A stretch of 64,000 bases of DNA from Desulfobulbus sp. Tol-SR (GTDB lineage Bacteria; Desulfobacterota; Desulfobulbia; Desulfobulbales; Desulfocapsaceae), in NCBI GenBank assembly GCA_000769715.1, contig JROS01000011.1:2877-66876 (forward strand), read 5' to 3'. The notes beneath the pieces are model-generated. The model did no database searches. It was not told the origin of the DNA and was given only the letters and a program-made list of their open reading frames with translations. The position numbers and the translations under genes were made by a program. Below, in pieces: positions 1 through 11,955 of the stretch. Positions within the stretch are counted from its first letter, which is position 1, and the number at the start of each line of letters is the position of its first letter.

Positions 1-2
1 AC

Positions 3-206
3 GTCTCCCCCGATGCCTGCAAGGTCGAGACGGGAAAGACAGTCGACAATGCCGACTGCGTCTGCAAGACCAGCCCGGAATTCTTCCTGCGTATCTGGCA
101 GGACGACTATCGGCCGGGGATGAAGGATTTTTTCTCCGGAACGATCAAGTCCAACAATCCCGGAGCATTGCAGTCTTTTCTGCGCTGTTTCGGTAAAAAA
201 GCCTGA
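3..206 (+). CDS. 3' end of a CDS entering from upstream (possibly an SCP2/sterol-carrier-like C-terminus); partial
   Basis: Frame is open from the window edge to TGA at 204-206. Translation ends ...DFFSGTIKSNNPGALQSFLRCFGKKA. It is absent from the ORF track because no start lies in the window. The product guess is weak. Confidence 0.4.
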   Translation, partial: VSPDACKVETGKTVDNADCVCKTSPEFFLRIWQDDYRPGMKDFFSGTIKSNNPGALQSFLRCFGKKA

Positions 207-271
207 GGCGGCGGCAGGACGGGGATACCGCCTGCCGCTGTCAACGCAAGGAAAACGGAGGGTTCAGCAGG

Positions 272-685
272 ATGGAATATTTGACCGAAATCAAGGTGAG
301 AGGGTATCACGCCGATTTTTACGGCCACGTCAACAACGCCCGTTATCTCGAATTTTTCGAGGAAGATCGCTGGGCGCATCTGGAATCGACGATCGATCTC
401 CTGGAATGGGCGGCCAAGGGCCTGAGCTTTCTCGTCGTCAACATCAATGTTAATTATCGCAAGGCCGTCGGCGTCGGAGAGATTGTCCATGTTTCGACCG
501 AGATCGAGAAGATCGGCCGCAAGAGCGCGGTGCTGCTGCAGAAAATCATCCTCAAGAGGACAGGGGAGGTTGCCGCTGACGCCAAGATTACCTTCGTTAT
601 CGCCGACCGTTCCGGTCGGGCGATGACCCTCGAAGGCGAGGTACGCGGACAGATTGAGAGACTGGGAAGGAGCGTTCCCAACTGA
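272..685 (+). CDS. Acyl-CoA thioesterase, 4-hydroxybenzoyl-CoA thioesterase/YbgC-FadM family (hotdog fold)
   Basis: 137 aa. The N-terminal motif YHADFYGHVNNARYLEFFEEDRW is typical of YbgC-type thioesterases. Confidence 0.85.
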   Translation: MEYLTEIKVRGYHADFYGHVNNARYLEFFEEDRWAHLESTIDLLEWAAKGLSFLVVNINVNYRKAVGVGEIVHVSTEIEKIGRKSAVLLQKIILKRTGEVAADAKITFVIADRSGRAMTLEGEVRGQIERLGRSVPN

Positions 686-974
686 GCGCACGAATTGTAA
701 CGATGCACGGGCTGAGCAGTTGCCTGACCATTGATCATATTCCGGACGGATATTGCTGCGGCAAGAGCAATTCTTGTTGACAGTGATCCTGTCGGTATAT
801 TACACAAACGTAAAGGTAAACTAGAGCAGCATAATTTCGTATGATTATGAATTTATGAACGAAATTGTCACCGCAAGGTGATGGGCAAGAGCGAGGAGGA
901 GGCAGTATATCGACAGGGGGTGTTCACCGCTGCAGGTGGACACGTAAAATGAACCCGCTCAAGGGGAGAGAAGC

Positions 975-2188
975 ATGAAGAAGACAATTTCTGCACTGGC
1001 ACTGGTCACATTGTTTACCGCGACTTCCGCATTGGCATCGGGCTACCGGATTCCGGAACAGTCGGTTGATTCGACGGCCAAGGCCGGTGCCAACGTGGCC
1101 TCCGCCAGCCGTGCCGATGCGGCCTACTACAATCCGGCCAACATGTCATGGCTCAGCGATGGCTGGCAGGCCCAGGCGGACCTGACCTATATCCACCTGA
1201 CGCCGATCTCGTACGAGGATTATCGCTCACCGTATTTCGATGCCGAATCAGAGGACGAGAACTTCCTCTTGCCAACCGGTTTTCTGGTCTCCCCCTTTTA
1301 TGGGGATTTCCGTTTCGGTCTGTCGATCACCGCCCCCTATGGTCTGGCCAAACGCTGGAATGATCCGTACCCACGGGCGACTGCCCAGGAATTCTCTATC
1401 ACCGTCATGGATTTCAACCCGACCGTCTCCTACAAGATCAACGACATGGTCTCGATCTCCGGCGGACCGCGGTTGGTTTACAGCGAGGCCAGGGTGGAGA
1501 CCGATGCCAGATATGTGGGAACCCCAGCTGTCATGACAGTGGATGGGGATACCACGGAGTGGGGGTATAATCTGGCCGTCGCCGTCAAACCCTCCGAGGA
1601 GCTGAATTTCTCCGCCACCTACCGGTCCAATGTCGACCTCGATTTCGAGGGTGATGTCGACCTCTATCTCGGCAGGACCCTGCCGACCAGAGATGGGAAG
1701 TCTCCATTCCGGCCCCGGCGGTCCTGACCCTTGCCGCCGCCTTCGAGCCGGTCGAGGCCCTGACTGTCGAATTGTCCTGGGACCGGACCTTCTGGTCGGA
1801 GTACGAGGAGCTCGATTTCGATTTCTTCCCGGCCGTAGGTTCTCCTTTCGAAACTCCCAAGACGAAAGACTGGGACGACAGCAGCGCCTATCGCATCGGC
1901 CTCAGCTATCAACTCGACGAGACCTGGACCCTGATGGGCGGTATCGCCTATGACGAAACCCCGGTGCCGAAGGAGACCATCGGGTTTGAACTCCCTGATT
2001 CCGACGCCTGGTTGTTCTCGGTTGGAACCCAGTATAAGGTCAACGAGAAGATGGATGTTGGTATGGCCCTCCTCTATGACTACAAGGAAGAACGTGAAGT
2101 CACGGTTACCCCGCTTGGCACCGCTTATGGCGAATTTACCGACGCCTCGGCGATTCTGGTGACCGTTGGCCTGAACTACAAGTTCTGA
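975..2188 (+). pseudogene. FadL/OmpP1/TodX-family outer-membrane hydrophobic-compound porin, interrupted by a 1-nt frameshift near 1695-1697
   Basis: ORF 975-1727 has a signal peptide (ALASGYRIPEQS...), which is a typical FadL-family N-terminus. ORF 1772-2188 in another frame carries the C-terminal barrel ending LNYKF. The second frame is open from 1655 and reads EVSIPAPAVLTLAAAFEP directly after ...TRDG of the first frame. Confidence 0.8.
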
Positions 2189-2206
2189 TCTTTTTTCAAC
2201 GGTAAC

Positions 2207-2246
2207 AAAAAAGCCCTTGCCGCTCTGCGTTGCAAGGGCTTTTTTT
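2207..2246. terminator. Bidirectional rho-independent terminator between convergent genes
   Basis: A6 run, then stem GCCCTTGC (2213-2220) paired with GCAAGGGC (2232-2239), then T7 (2240-2246). Confidence 0.65.
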
Positions 2247-2264
2247 GTGCAGGAGGGAGAGGTC

Positions 2265-5262
<2,998 letters not shown>

Positions 5263-5421
5263 CCCGGATGTGTCGCCACCGCCGGGAGCAGGGCCGTGGC
5301 GATGACGATGCGGGGCAGCACCTGAACCCCATGCGATCCCTTCAGCGGCGGCATCGCCGGTGACCGTGCCGAAAGAACGCGGTGCCGGTGCAATCGCCGT
5401 TGCGTCGAGGTGGCATAGGTT

Positions 5422-5919
5422 TCAGAAGTCGACGCTCTCCTGCCGTTCCCGGGCGAGCAGTTGCTGTTCACAGCGTCGGGCATACCGCTTTTCGCCGGCG
5501 AGTAGTTCCTGTTCGAGTTCCCGGCACCTCTTTTTCTGGACATCCTTCTTTCGCTTCAGGTCCCTGTCGGGGTCCTTTTCCAGCTCCCGCTTGATTTTTT
5601 TCAGTTTCTTCCACTGGTCCCGGTAGTTGTCGTACAGGGCCGACCACCGTTCCTCCTCATCGGCGTCATAGGCAACGACGCCAAGCTGGTCGGCACTATA
5701 GGCGACGGAGAGCCTGGTCTCGCAGAACCGGCAGTGCCCTTCCTTGATATAACAGGTATGAGGCTCGTATCGGCCGTCGAAACGCTTTCTGCCGGAAGCG
5801 TCGTATTCGAGGCTGTAGGATTTGTCGCAGACGGGACAGAAAAAATAATATGTCGCCATTCCCCAGATCTCGCCTTCGCGTTGTTCGATCGTGTTCCTGC
5901 CTTTATCTTTTTTGGCCAT
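5422..5919 (-). CDS. Hypothetical zinc-ribbon (CPVC...CRFC) protein with a charged coiled-coil tail; paralog of 5977-6456
   Basis: 165 aa with a GGAGG RBS. It shares the conserved core F.CPVCDK.Y..YDASGRK..DG.Y..TC.IKEG.CR.CET with the neighbouring gene. The C-terminal half is rich in K/R/E. Confidence 0.7.
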   Translation of the reverse strand: MAKKDKGRNTIEQREGEIWGMATYYFFCPVCDKSYSLEYDASGRKRFDGRYEPHTCYIKEGHCRFCETRLSVAYSADQLGVVAYDADEEERWSALYDNYRDQWKKLKKIKRELEKDPDRDLKRKKDVQKKRCRELEQELLAGEKRYARRCEQQLLARERQESVDF

Positions 5920-5976
5920 GGTGTACCTCCGGGACAGATCCGGTCGGATTGTTGGACGGGAGCACCGCCTCGGGAT

Positions 5977-6456
5977 TCAGAAGGGAATACTGTCCTCCAG
6001 TCGACGGGCGGTCATCAGCTGGTGGCATTGTTCGAGATATTGCTCGTTTCTGGTGATCATCTTTATCTCCAGTCGTTCCAGCTTCCGCTTCAGTTTGGAC
6101 TTCTTCGTCATCAGGTCGACGGTCGGATTTTCCTTGAGCAGCTGTTTGATCTTTTTCATCTGCCGCTGCCGTTTATCATGTCTGGCCGCTAAGCGACGGC
6201 GACGTTCCTCGGCCGCTGCATCATAGGCCAGGATACAGAGATGATCGGCATCATAGGCGAGGTAGAGTGCTGTTTCGCAGTACCGGCAGCGCCCTTCCTT
6301 GATGAAACAGGTGTATTCGTCGTACTTGCCGTCATAGATCTTTCTGCCGGAGGCATCGTAGCGGATGCGGTACGGTTTGTCGCAGACCGGGCAGGAGAAA
6401 TGGCAGGTCTCGGGGATGCCGATTTCCTGGTCCAGGTGGGCAGTGTCGTCAATCAT
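5977..6456 (-). CDS. Hypothetical zinc-ribbon (CPVC...CRYC) protein with a charged coiled-coil tail; paralog of 5422-5919
   Basis: 159 aa with the same architecture as 5422-5919. The RBS context (GGGAGGTACACGATG) nearly matches that of the paralog (GGAGGTACACCATG). Confidence 0.7.
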   Translation of the reverse strand: MIDDTAHLDQEIGIPETCHFSCPVCDKPYRIRYDASGRKIYDGKYDEYTCFIKEGRCRYCETALYLAYDADHLCILAYDAAAEERRRRLAARHDKRQRQMKKIKQLLKENPTVDLMTKKSKLKRKLERLEIKMITRNEQYLEQCHQLMTARRLEDSIPF

Positions 6457-6565
6457 CGTGTACCTCCCGGGGTGGTGGATCTGTGGAGTTCTCTATTGTA
6501 GCGAAGAAAATGCGCCAAGGTCAATCGGATGTCGGTGGAAAAAACGCTCCCCGGTCGGCATCGGG

Positions 6566-6883
6566 TCATTGTTTACCGGAGAGATCCCGGTCCGGATCGG
6601 CTTCCTCGCTCCGCCCGTCGGTTGCTTGTCCCGGTCTCGTCGGCGGAACCTGATCCTGACCGTCGCGGTCATAGAGTCGGGCCGCGGCGAGGAGCAGGAA
6701 GCCAATGGTGAGGATCGGACCAAGGAGGGGTAGGAGACCGCTTATTGCGGGATAACCGGCAGCAACGGCCAGATCGGGGGCGAAATACTTCAGGAAGGCG
6801 TAGCTGGCGCCGGCCATCAGCACATAGAACCACCACGGGATCCTGGTGAAGATCGGCGGTCGCCTCCTTGACCGCCCGTTCAT
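6566..6883 (-). CDS. Small membrane protein (about 2 TM segments), unknown function
   Basis: 105 aa. A basic N-terminus is followed by two hydrophobic segments and an acidic tail. The start overlaps the upstream stop (ATGA at 6880-6883), suggesting translational coupling. Confidence 0.55.
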   Translation of the reverse strand: MNGRSRRRPPIFTRIPWWFYVLMAGASYAFLKYFAPDLAVAAGYPAISGLLPLLGPILTIGFLLLAAARLYDRDGQDQVPPTRPGQATDGRSEEADPDRDLSGKQ

Positions 6884-7269
6884 AGCTCCTCCAGTACGAG
6901 TGCGGCCATCTCCCGGACCTGCGGGCTGGGATCGGTCAGTCTGGCCTGTACCAGCTCGACCGCCTCCGTGGTGCCGATGATGCCGAGGATGCTGACCGCT
7001 TCGCCGCGCAGCAGCGGCTCCTCGCTGCGAAGCACCCGGCGCAGGGAAGGGATCGCCTGGGCCAGCCGCTCCGGCTGCAGGCGCTTCAGTTCTTCGAACA
7101 GGATCGAGACCCCGAGCCGGACGGCAAAGCGCCGGTCGGCGAGGATCTCGCCGGTCCAGTCGTAGTAGCGCGGATCCCGGCGGAACATGGCGACGATATT
7201 GTCGACATGGCCCATGTCGAGGAAATCGGCGATTACCCGCTGCAGTTCTTCATCGCTGACCTGACCCAT
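6880..7269 (-). CDS. HEAT-repeat domain protein
   Basis: Start chosen at MGQVSDEEL (ATG 7269, AGGAG RBS). The repeats ...EPLLRGEAVSILGIIGT..AVELVQARLTDPSPQVREMAALVLEEL are HEAT/PBS-lyase-like. Confidence 0.7.
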   Translation of the reverse strand: MGQVSDEELQRVIADFLDMGHVDNIVAMFRRDPRYYDWTGEILADRRFAVRLGVSILFEELKRLQPERLAQAIPSLRRVLRSEEPLLRGEAVSILGIIGTTEAVELVQARLTDPSPQVREMAALVLEEL

Positions 7270-7408
7270 GCTGCTCCTGCACATTTCTGTTCGTCTCTTC
7301 GAGGCCGTTGTCCCCCTCTCCCACTGTGCTGGCAAACATCGGTAAAGGCAAGGGAATTCTGGCGGTTGCGGGCGGCAAGGGGCAAGTGCCCGACGTTTAG
7401 GGGCAGCC

Positions 7409-9211
7409 CTACTCTCCGTTGCCGTTATGGCGGTCCATGGCCACCAGTTCGGCGTAGTAGCCGCCGGCGGCCATCAGTTCCTCGTGGCTGCCCTGTTCGA
7501 CGATGCGGCCATGCTGCATGGCGACGATATGGTCGGCCCGGCGGATGGTGGAGAGACGGTGGGCGATGACCAGCGAGGTCCGTCCCTTAAAGCTGTCGGC
7601 GATCGCCTCCTCGAGGATATTCTCCGATTCGGTGTCGATGGCGGCGGTGGCCTCGTCGAGGACCAGGATGGCGGGGGCGCGACAGAGGACCCGGGCGAAG
7701 GCGAGCAGTTGTTTCTCGCCGGAGGACAGCTCATGTCCTCCCTCGCCGATGAGGGTGTCGAGGCCGAGCGGCAGTCGGCCGACAAAGCGTGCCATCCCGG
7801 TGCGGGCGAGGATCGCCTCCACCTCCGGCCGGTTGCGGCCGCTGTTCATGACGATGTTGGCGAGCAGGCTGTCCTGCAGGATCAACACGTCCTGGAGGAC
7901 GACGCCGACGATGGTGCGGAGATCGGCGAGGGCGAAGCGGGCGATGTCGATGCCGTCGATGGTGATCGTCCCGGCCTGCGGTTCATAGAAGCGCAGCAGC
8001 AGGTTGACCAGCGTCGTCTTGCCGGAGCCGGTGGTGCCGACCAGGGCGACGGCCTGGCCGGGCCGCAGGGTCAGCGACAGGTCGTGGAGGACGGGCTGGT
8101 GCTGGTCGTAGCTGAAGCGGACCTTATCGAAAAGGAGTTCGCCCCGGATAGCCGCCGGTTTGTCGATCGGCCGGTCGGCCTCGGCGATCCGGCTTTCGGT
8201 GTCGAGCAGCTGGAAGATCCGTTCGGCCGAGGCCATCGCCGACTGGACAATCGAGTATTTCTGCGACAGCTCCCTGAGCGGCTGGAAAAACAGGCGCATG
8301 TAGGAGATGAAGGCCACCAGCTCGCCGAGGGTGAGGCGGGAGCGGAGGATCTCGCCGCCGCCGTACCACAGGATCAGGGCGGTGGCGAGGCTGCTCAAGA
8401 ACTCGGTGATCGGCATGAAGGTGCCGAAGAGGCGGATCTGGCTCAGGGTCCGCTCGAGATAGCCGTGGCTCAGATCCTCGAATTCCCGGCGGCTCTTGCC
8501 CTCCCGGCCGAACAGCTGCAGGATGCTCATGCCGCTGATCGCCTCCTGGAGGAAGCTGTTGAGCCGGACCAGCTGGCGGCGGATCGCCCGGAAACGGGCG
8601 CGGGCCAATCGGGCGAAGAGGACGGTGACGAGGGCCGAGAGCGGGACGAAAATGGTCATCAGCAGGGCCAGTTCGACATTCATCAAAAACAGCAGGACGA
8701 GGATGCCGACCAGGCGGACCATTTCGTTGAACAGGGTGACCATCACCGAGGTGAACATCTCGTACATGTTCTGGATATCGTTGGTCAGACGGGTGACCAG
8801 ACGGCCGGTGGGGTGGTCGTTGAAGAACTGCAGGTCGAGGCGGAGGACGTGGGCGAACAGGTCCTGGCGGATGCGGTGCATGATCGACTGGCCGATCCAT
8901 TCCAGGACGATGGTCTGGACGAAGGTGGTGCCGAAGACGAGGATCACCAGCAGCCCATACCACAGCGAGGTCGTGGCCAGTCCGGCGAGCCGGACGGCAC
9001 CGTCGAGGTTGGTCGCGGTGATGAAGCCGTCGATGCCGTGCTGGAGCAGGGCGGGCAGGGCCAGGGTGCCGCCGGTGACGAAGAAGGACAGCAGCACCGC
9101 GGCGGCAAGGGCCGGCCAGTGGCGGGTGCTGTACCGGAGGATGCGGCCCCAGATGTTGATGTCGCTCAGCGAGCCGGCCCTGCCGCCTTCATCGTAGCCG
9201 AAATCCTTCAT
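7409..9211 (-). CDS. ABC exporter, fused permease/ATPase subunit (MdlB/MsbA-type half transporter)
   Basis: 600 aa: six TM segments plus an NBD with Walker A GTTGSGKTT, signature LSSGEKQ and Walker B ILVLDEAT. Confidence 0.9.
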   Translation of the reverse strand: MKDFGYDEGGRAGSLSDINIWGRILRYSTRHWPALAAAVLLSFFVTGGTLALPALLQHGIDGFITATNLDGAVRLAGLATTSLWYGLLVILVFGTTFVQTIVLEWIGQSIMHRIRQDLFAHVLRLDLQFFNDHPTGRLVTRLTNDIQNMYEMFTSVMVTLFNEMVRLVGILVLLFLMNVELALLMTIFVPLSALVTVLFARLARARFRAIRRQLVRLNSFLQEAISGMSILQLFGREGKSRREFEDLSHGYLERTLSQIRLFGTFMPITEFLSSLATALILWYGGGEILRSRLTLGELVAFISYMRLFFQPLRELSQKYSIVQSAMASAERIFQLLDTESRIAEADRPIDKPAAIRGELLFDKVRFSYDQHQPVLHDLSLTLRPGQAVALVGTTGSGKTTLVNLLLRFYEPQAGTITIDGIDIARFALADLRTIVGVVLQDVLILQDSLLANIVMNSGRNRPEVEAILARTGMARFVGRLPLGLDTLIGEGGHELSSGEKQLLAFARVLCRAPAILVLDEATAAIDTESENILEEAIADSFKGRTSLVIAHRLSTIRRADHIVAMQHGRIVEQGSHEELMAAGGYYAELVAMDRHNGNGE

Positions 9212-11013
9212 CCTGCCGCCCCCTCGCCGGCCTGCGGCCGCATCTGTTTGTCGTACATCGAGCGGTAGAGGGAACTGGCGGCGAGGAGCTCGTCGTGGCC
9301 GCCGGCGCAGACGATCCGGCCCTCGTCGAGGACGACGATCCGGTCGGTGAGGGACAGCATCTTGATCCGGTTGGAGACGATCAGCACGGTCTTGCCGGCG
9401 AACCGCTGCCGCAGGCCGGCGAAGACCTCATGCTCGGTGGCGACGTCGACCGCCGACAGACCGTCGTCGATCACCAGCACCGGCCGGTTGCAGAGCAGGG
9501 CGCGGGCCAGGGCCAGGCGCTGGCGCTGGCCGCCGGAGAGCTTGACGCCGCGCTCGCCGATGAGGGTGGCGTAGCCGTCGGGCAACTCGCGGATCTCGTC
9601 ATCGATCGCGGCGGAGCGGGCCGCCTCGATGATCTCCTCCTGGCTCGCCTCGGGCCGGCCGAGGGCGATATTGGCGGCGACGGTGTCCGAGAACAGGACC
9701 GGTTCCTGGCCGACATAGGCGATATGGGAGCGGATGAAGGCCAGCGGCAGGCTGTTGACATCGCGGCCGCCGAACAGGATCCGCCCGTCCGGCACGGGAT
9801 AGAGGCGGGCCAGGAGGCGACAGAGGGTCGACTTGCCGCTGCCGGTGCGACCGGTGATGCCATGGATGCCGGGACCGATCTCGAGATCGATGTCGCCTAA
9901 GGCCGGCGGCATGTCGGGGGCGTACCTGAAGGTCAGGCCCCGCAGAATGAAGGACGGTTGGGCGAGCGGCGGTTCGCCGCTGTCGGCGATATCGGGCAGG
10001 GCCGCCTGGCTGGTGAGCAGGTGGTGGATGCGGTTGAGCGAGGTCAGGCCGCGCTGGACGATATTGGCCACCCAGCCGATGGCCATCATCGGCCAGACCA
10101 GCATCGCCAGGTAGGAGATGAAGGCGACGAAGTCGCCCATGGTCAGGACCTCGGCGATGACCAGCCGGCCGCCGACAAGGAGGATGATCAGCATGCCGAG
10201 GTTGCCCGCCAGGGTAGCGATCGGGCTGATCAGGCCCTGGATGAAGGCGACGGCGATGTTGCTCTTCACATACTTGCGGCCGAGGCGGTCCAGCTGTGCG
10301 GCCTGGAATTTCTCCATCGTATAGGCCTTGATCAGGCGGATCGAGACGACGGTGGAGCGGGAGAATTCGGTGAGCAGGGAAAACTGCTCCTGCACCGTGG
10401 TGAAGCGATGGTGCAGCCGGCCGGCCAGGCTGCGGGTGAACCAGGCGAGAAAGGGCATCGGCAGCAGGGCCAGGAGGGTGAGCTGGACGTGGATATGGAG
10501 CATGAAGACGATGGTCGCCACCGACATCACCAGGGCGTCGGCCGCCGCCACCATGCCCATGCCGCAGGCCATCTGGACGGCGGCGAGGTCGTTGCTCGAG
10601 TGGGCCATCAGGTCGCCCGGGGTATGGCGCTCGAAAAATGGGGCGTCCATCCTCAGCAGATGCGAGAAGATCCGGTTGCGCAGCGCCTCCTCGAGCAGGC
10701 GGGAAAAGCCGATGATCAGGTAGCGCCAGACAAAGCGGAGGCCGGCGACGGCGATGGCGATCAGGATGACCAGGGCCGCCAGCAGCAGCAGGTCGGTGCG
10801 GCTGATGGTGCGCGCGGCGAGGCCGTCGACCCCGTGCTTGATGATCCGCGGGATGACCAGTTGGAGAAAATCGACCACGATCAGGGCGGTGAGGCCGGCC
10901 GTCAGGCGCAGCCGGTGCCGGGTGAAGGAGGGCCGGAGCAGCTCGAGAAGCTGGGCGAGGCCGGCCGGATTCGGGCGAGCCGGCTCGGGCCTGTCTGGAG
11001 AAGTCGTTTCCAC
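9208..11013 (-). CDS. ABC exporter, fused permease/ATPase subunit (MdlA-type partner)
   Basis: 601 aa with a GTG start. It has GRTGSGKST, LSGGQRQ and VLVIDDGLS, and a 4-nt overlap with the downstream partner, indicating a heterodimeric pair. Confidence 0.9.
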   Translation of the reverse strand: METTSPDRPEPARPNPAGLAQLLELLRPSFTRHRLRLTAGLTALIVVDFLQLVIPRIIKHGVDGLAARTISRTDLLLLAALVILIAIAVAGLRFVWRYLIIGFSRLLEEALRNRIFSHLLRMDAPFFERHTPGDLMAHSSNDLAAVQMACGMGMVAAADALVMSVATIVFMLHIHVQLTLLALLPMPFLAWFTRSLAGRLHHRFTTVQEQFSLLTEFSRSTVVSIRLIKAYTMEKFQAAQLDRLGRKYVKSNIAVAFIQGLISPIATLAGNLGMLIILLVGGRLVIAEVLTMGDFVAFISYLAMLVWPMMAIGWVANIVQRGLTSLNRIHHLLTSQAALPDIADSGEPPLAQPSFILRGLTFRYAPDMPPALGDIDLEIGPGIHGITGRTGSGKSTLCRLLARLYPVPDGRILFGGRDVNSLPLAFIRSHIAYVGQEPVLFSDTVAANIALGRPEASQEEIIEAARSAAIDDEIRELPDGYATLIGERGVKLSGGQRQRLALARALLCNRPVLVIDDGLSAVDVATEHEVFAGLRQRFAGKTVLIVSNRIKMLSLTDRIVVLDEGRIVCAGGHDELLAASSLYRSMYDKQMRPQAGEGAAG

Positions 11014-11268
11014 GGAGAACTCCGGGCACCAGGTAGCGGGAGAGGCGGAAAGAATCGAAGGAGACCGTCTCGATGATTCAGCGGGCCATCTCCTCAGCTA
11101 TAACAGACAATGGTCTGAAACCCAAGGAGAAAGCGCCGCGGCGGGTGGGGGTGTTCGGCAAATGGCCCTTCGCGGCGGCGATGGGGTCGTTTTTTTCGAT
11201 CAGGATGATTATGCTTTTCAGCACGCGGCGACAGGCGCTGTCAACATCCCGGAAAAGCAGGAGCGGCA

Positions 11269-11955
11269 ATGGCGGAGTTCATCATCGAGACCAGGGAGCT
11301 GGAGAAAATATACACTATCGGCGAGCGGCGGGAACATATCCTCAAGGGGGTCAGCCTGCAGATCGAGGCCGGGGCGTTCATCGTCGTCGCCGGTTCGTCC
11401 GGCAGCGGCAAGACGACCCTGCTCAGCCTCCTCTCGGGCCTGGATCGGCCGACTTCGGGGACGATCCTGCTGTCCGGCCGCGATATCACCGGGCTGAGCG
11501 AGGACGAACTGGCGCCGATCCGCAATGTCGAGACCGGCTTCGTCTTCCAGGCCTTCCATCTCGTGCCGTCGCTGACCGCCATCGAGAATGTCATGTTCCC
11601 GGCGGAACTGCGCGGCGACCGGCAGGCCCCGGCCAAGGCCGAGACGCTGTTGCGGCGGGTCGGCCTGTGGGAGCGGCGGGACAATTATCCGCAGCAGCTG
11701 TCCGGCGGCGAGAAGCAGCGGGTGGCGATCTGCCGGGCCCTGATCAACCGGCCGAAGATCGTCTTTGCCGACGAGCCCACCGGCAATCTCGATTCCGACA
11801 ACAGCCGCGGCATCGTCGATCTGCTGGCCGGGCTGCACCGGGAGGAAAACACCACCCTCGTCCTCGCCACCCACAGCCCGGAGATTGCAGCCCGTGCCGA
11901 CCGGGTCATCGTCCTGCGCGACGGCCGGATCGTCGAGGGTCGGGAGGGGAGCTGA
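11269..11955 (+). CDS. ABC transporter ATP-binding protein, YbbA/LolD/MacB-type
   Basis: 228 aa with GSSGSGKTT, LSGGEKQRVAI and IVFADEPTGNLD. Confidence 0.9.
   Translation: MAEFIIETRELEKIYTIGERREHILKGVSLQIEAGAFIVVAGSSGSGKTTLLSLLSGLDRPTSGTILLSGRDITGLSEDELAPIRNVETGFVFQAFHLVPSLTAIENVMFPAELRGDRQAPAKAETLLRRVGLWERRDNYPQQLSGGEKQRVAICRALINRPKIVFADEPTGNLDSDNSRGIVDLLAGLHREENTTLVLATHSPEIAARADRVIVLRDGRIVEGREGS

Noticed and set aside
107-691. 194-aa minus-strand ORF at the window start
   Set aside because: It is antisense to both the incoming CDS and the YbgC-like thioesterase gene. It has no motifs.
7374-7391. GGGCAC...TTGC on the minus strand upstream of the HEAT-repeat gene, as a possible sigma-54 promoter
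   Set aside because: The spacing between the GG and GC elements is 2 nt too long (or far too short with the inner TTGC), so it does not fit the -24/-12 geometry.
7427-9268. 613-aa + strand ORF
   Set aside because: It is entirely antisense to a well-supported ABC exporter gene. The translation is low-complexity and rich in G/D/E/A/Q with no motifs, which is a typical high-GC antisense artefact. The same applies to 9958-11076, 8124-8963 and 9599-11029.
11073-11954. N-terminal 294 aa of the 1129-aa + strand ORF
   Set aside because: This part is out of frame over the genuine YbbA-like ATPase gene and reads as Arg/Pro-rich nonsense. The real permease starts at ATG 11955, overlapping the ATPase stop.
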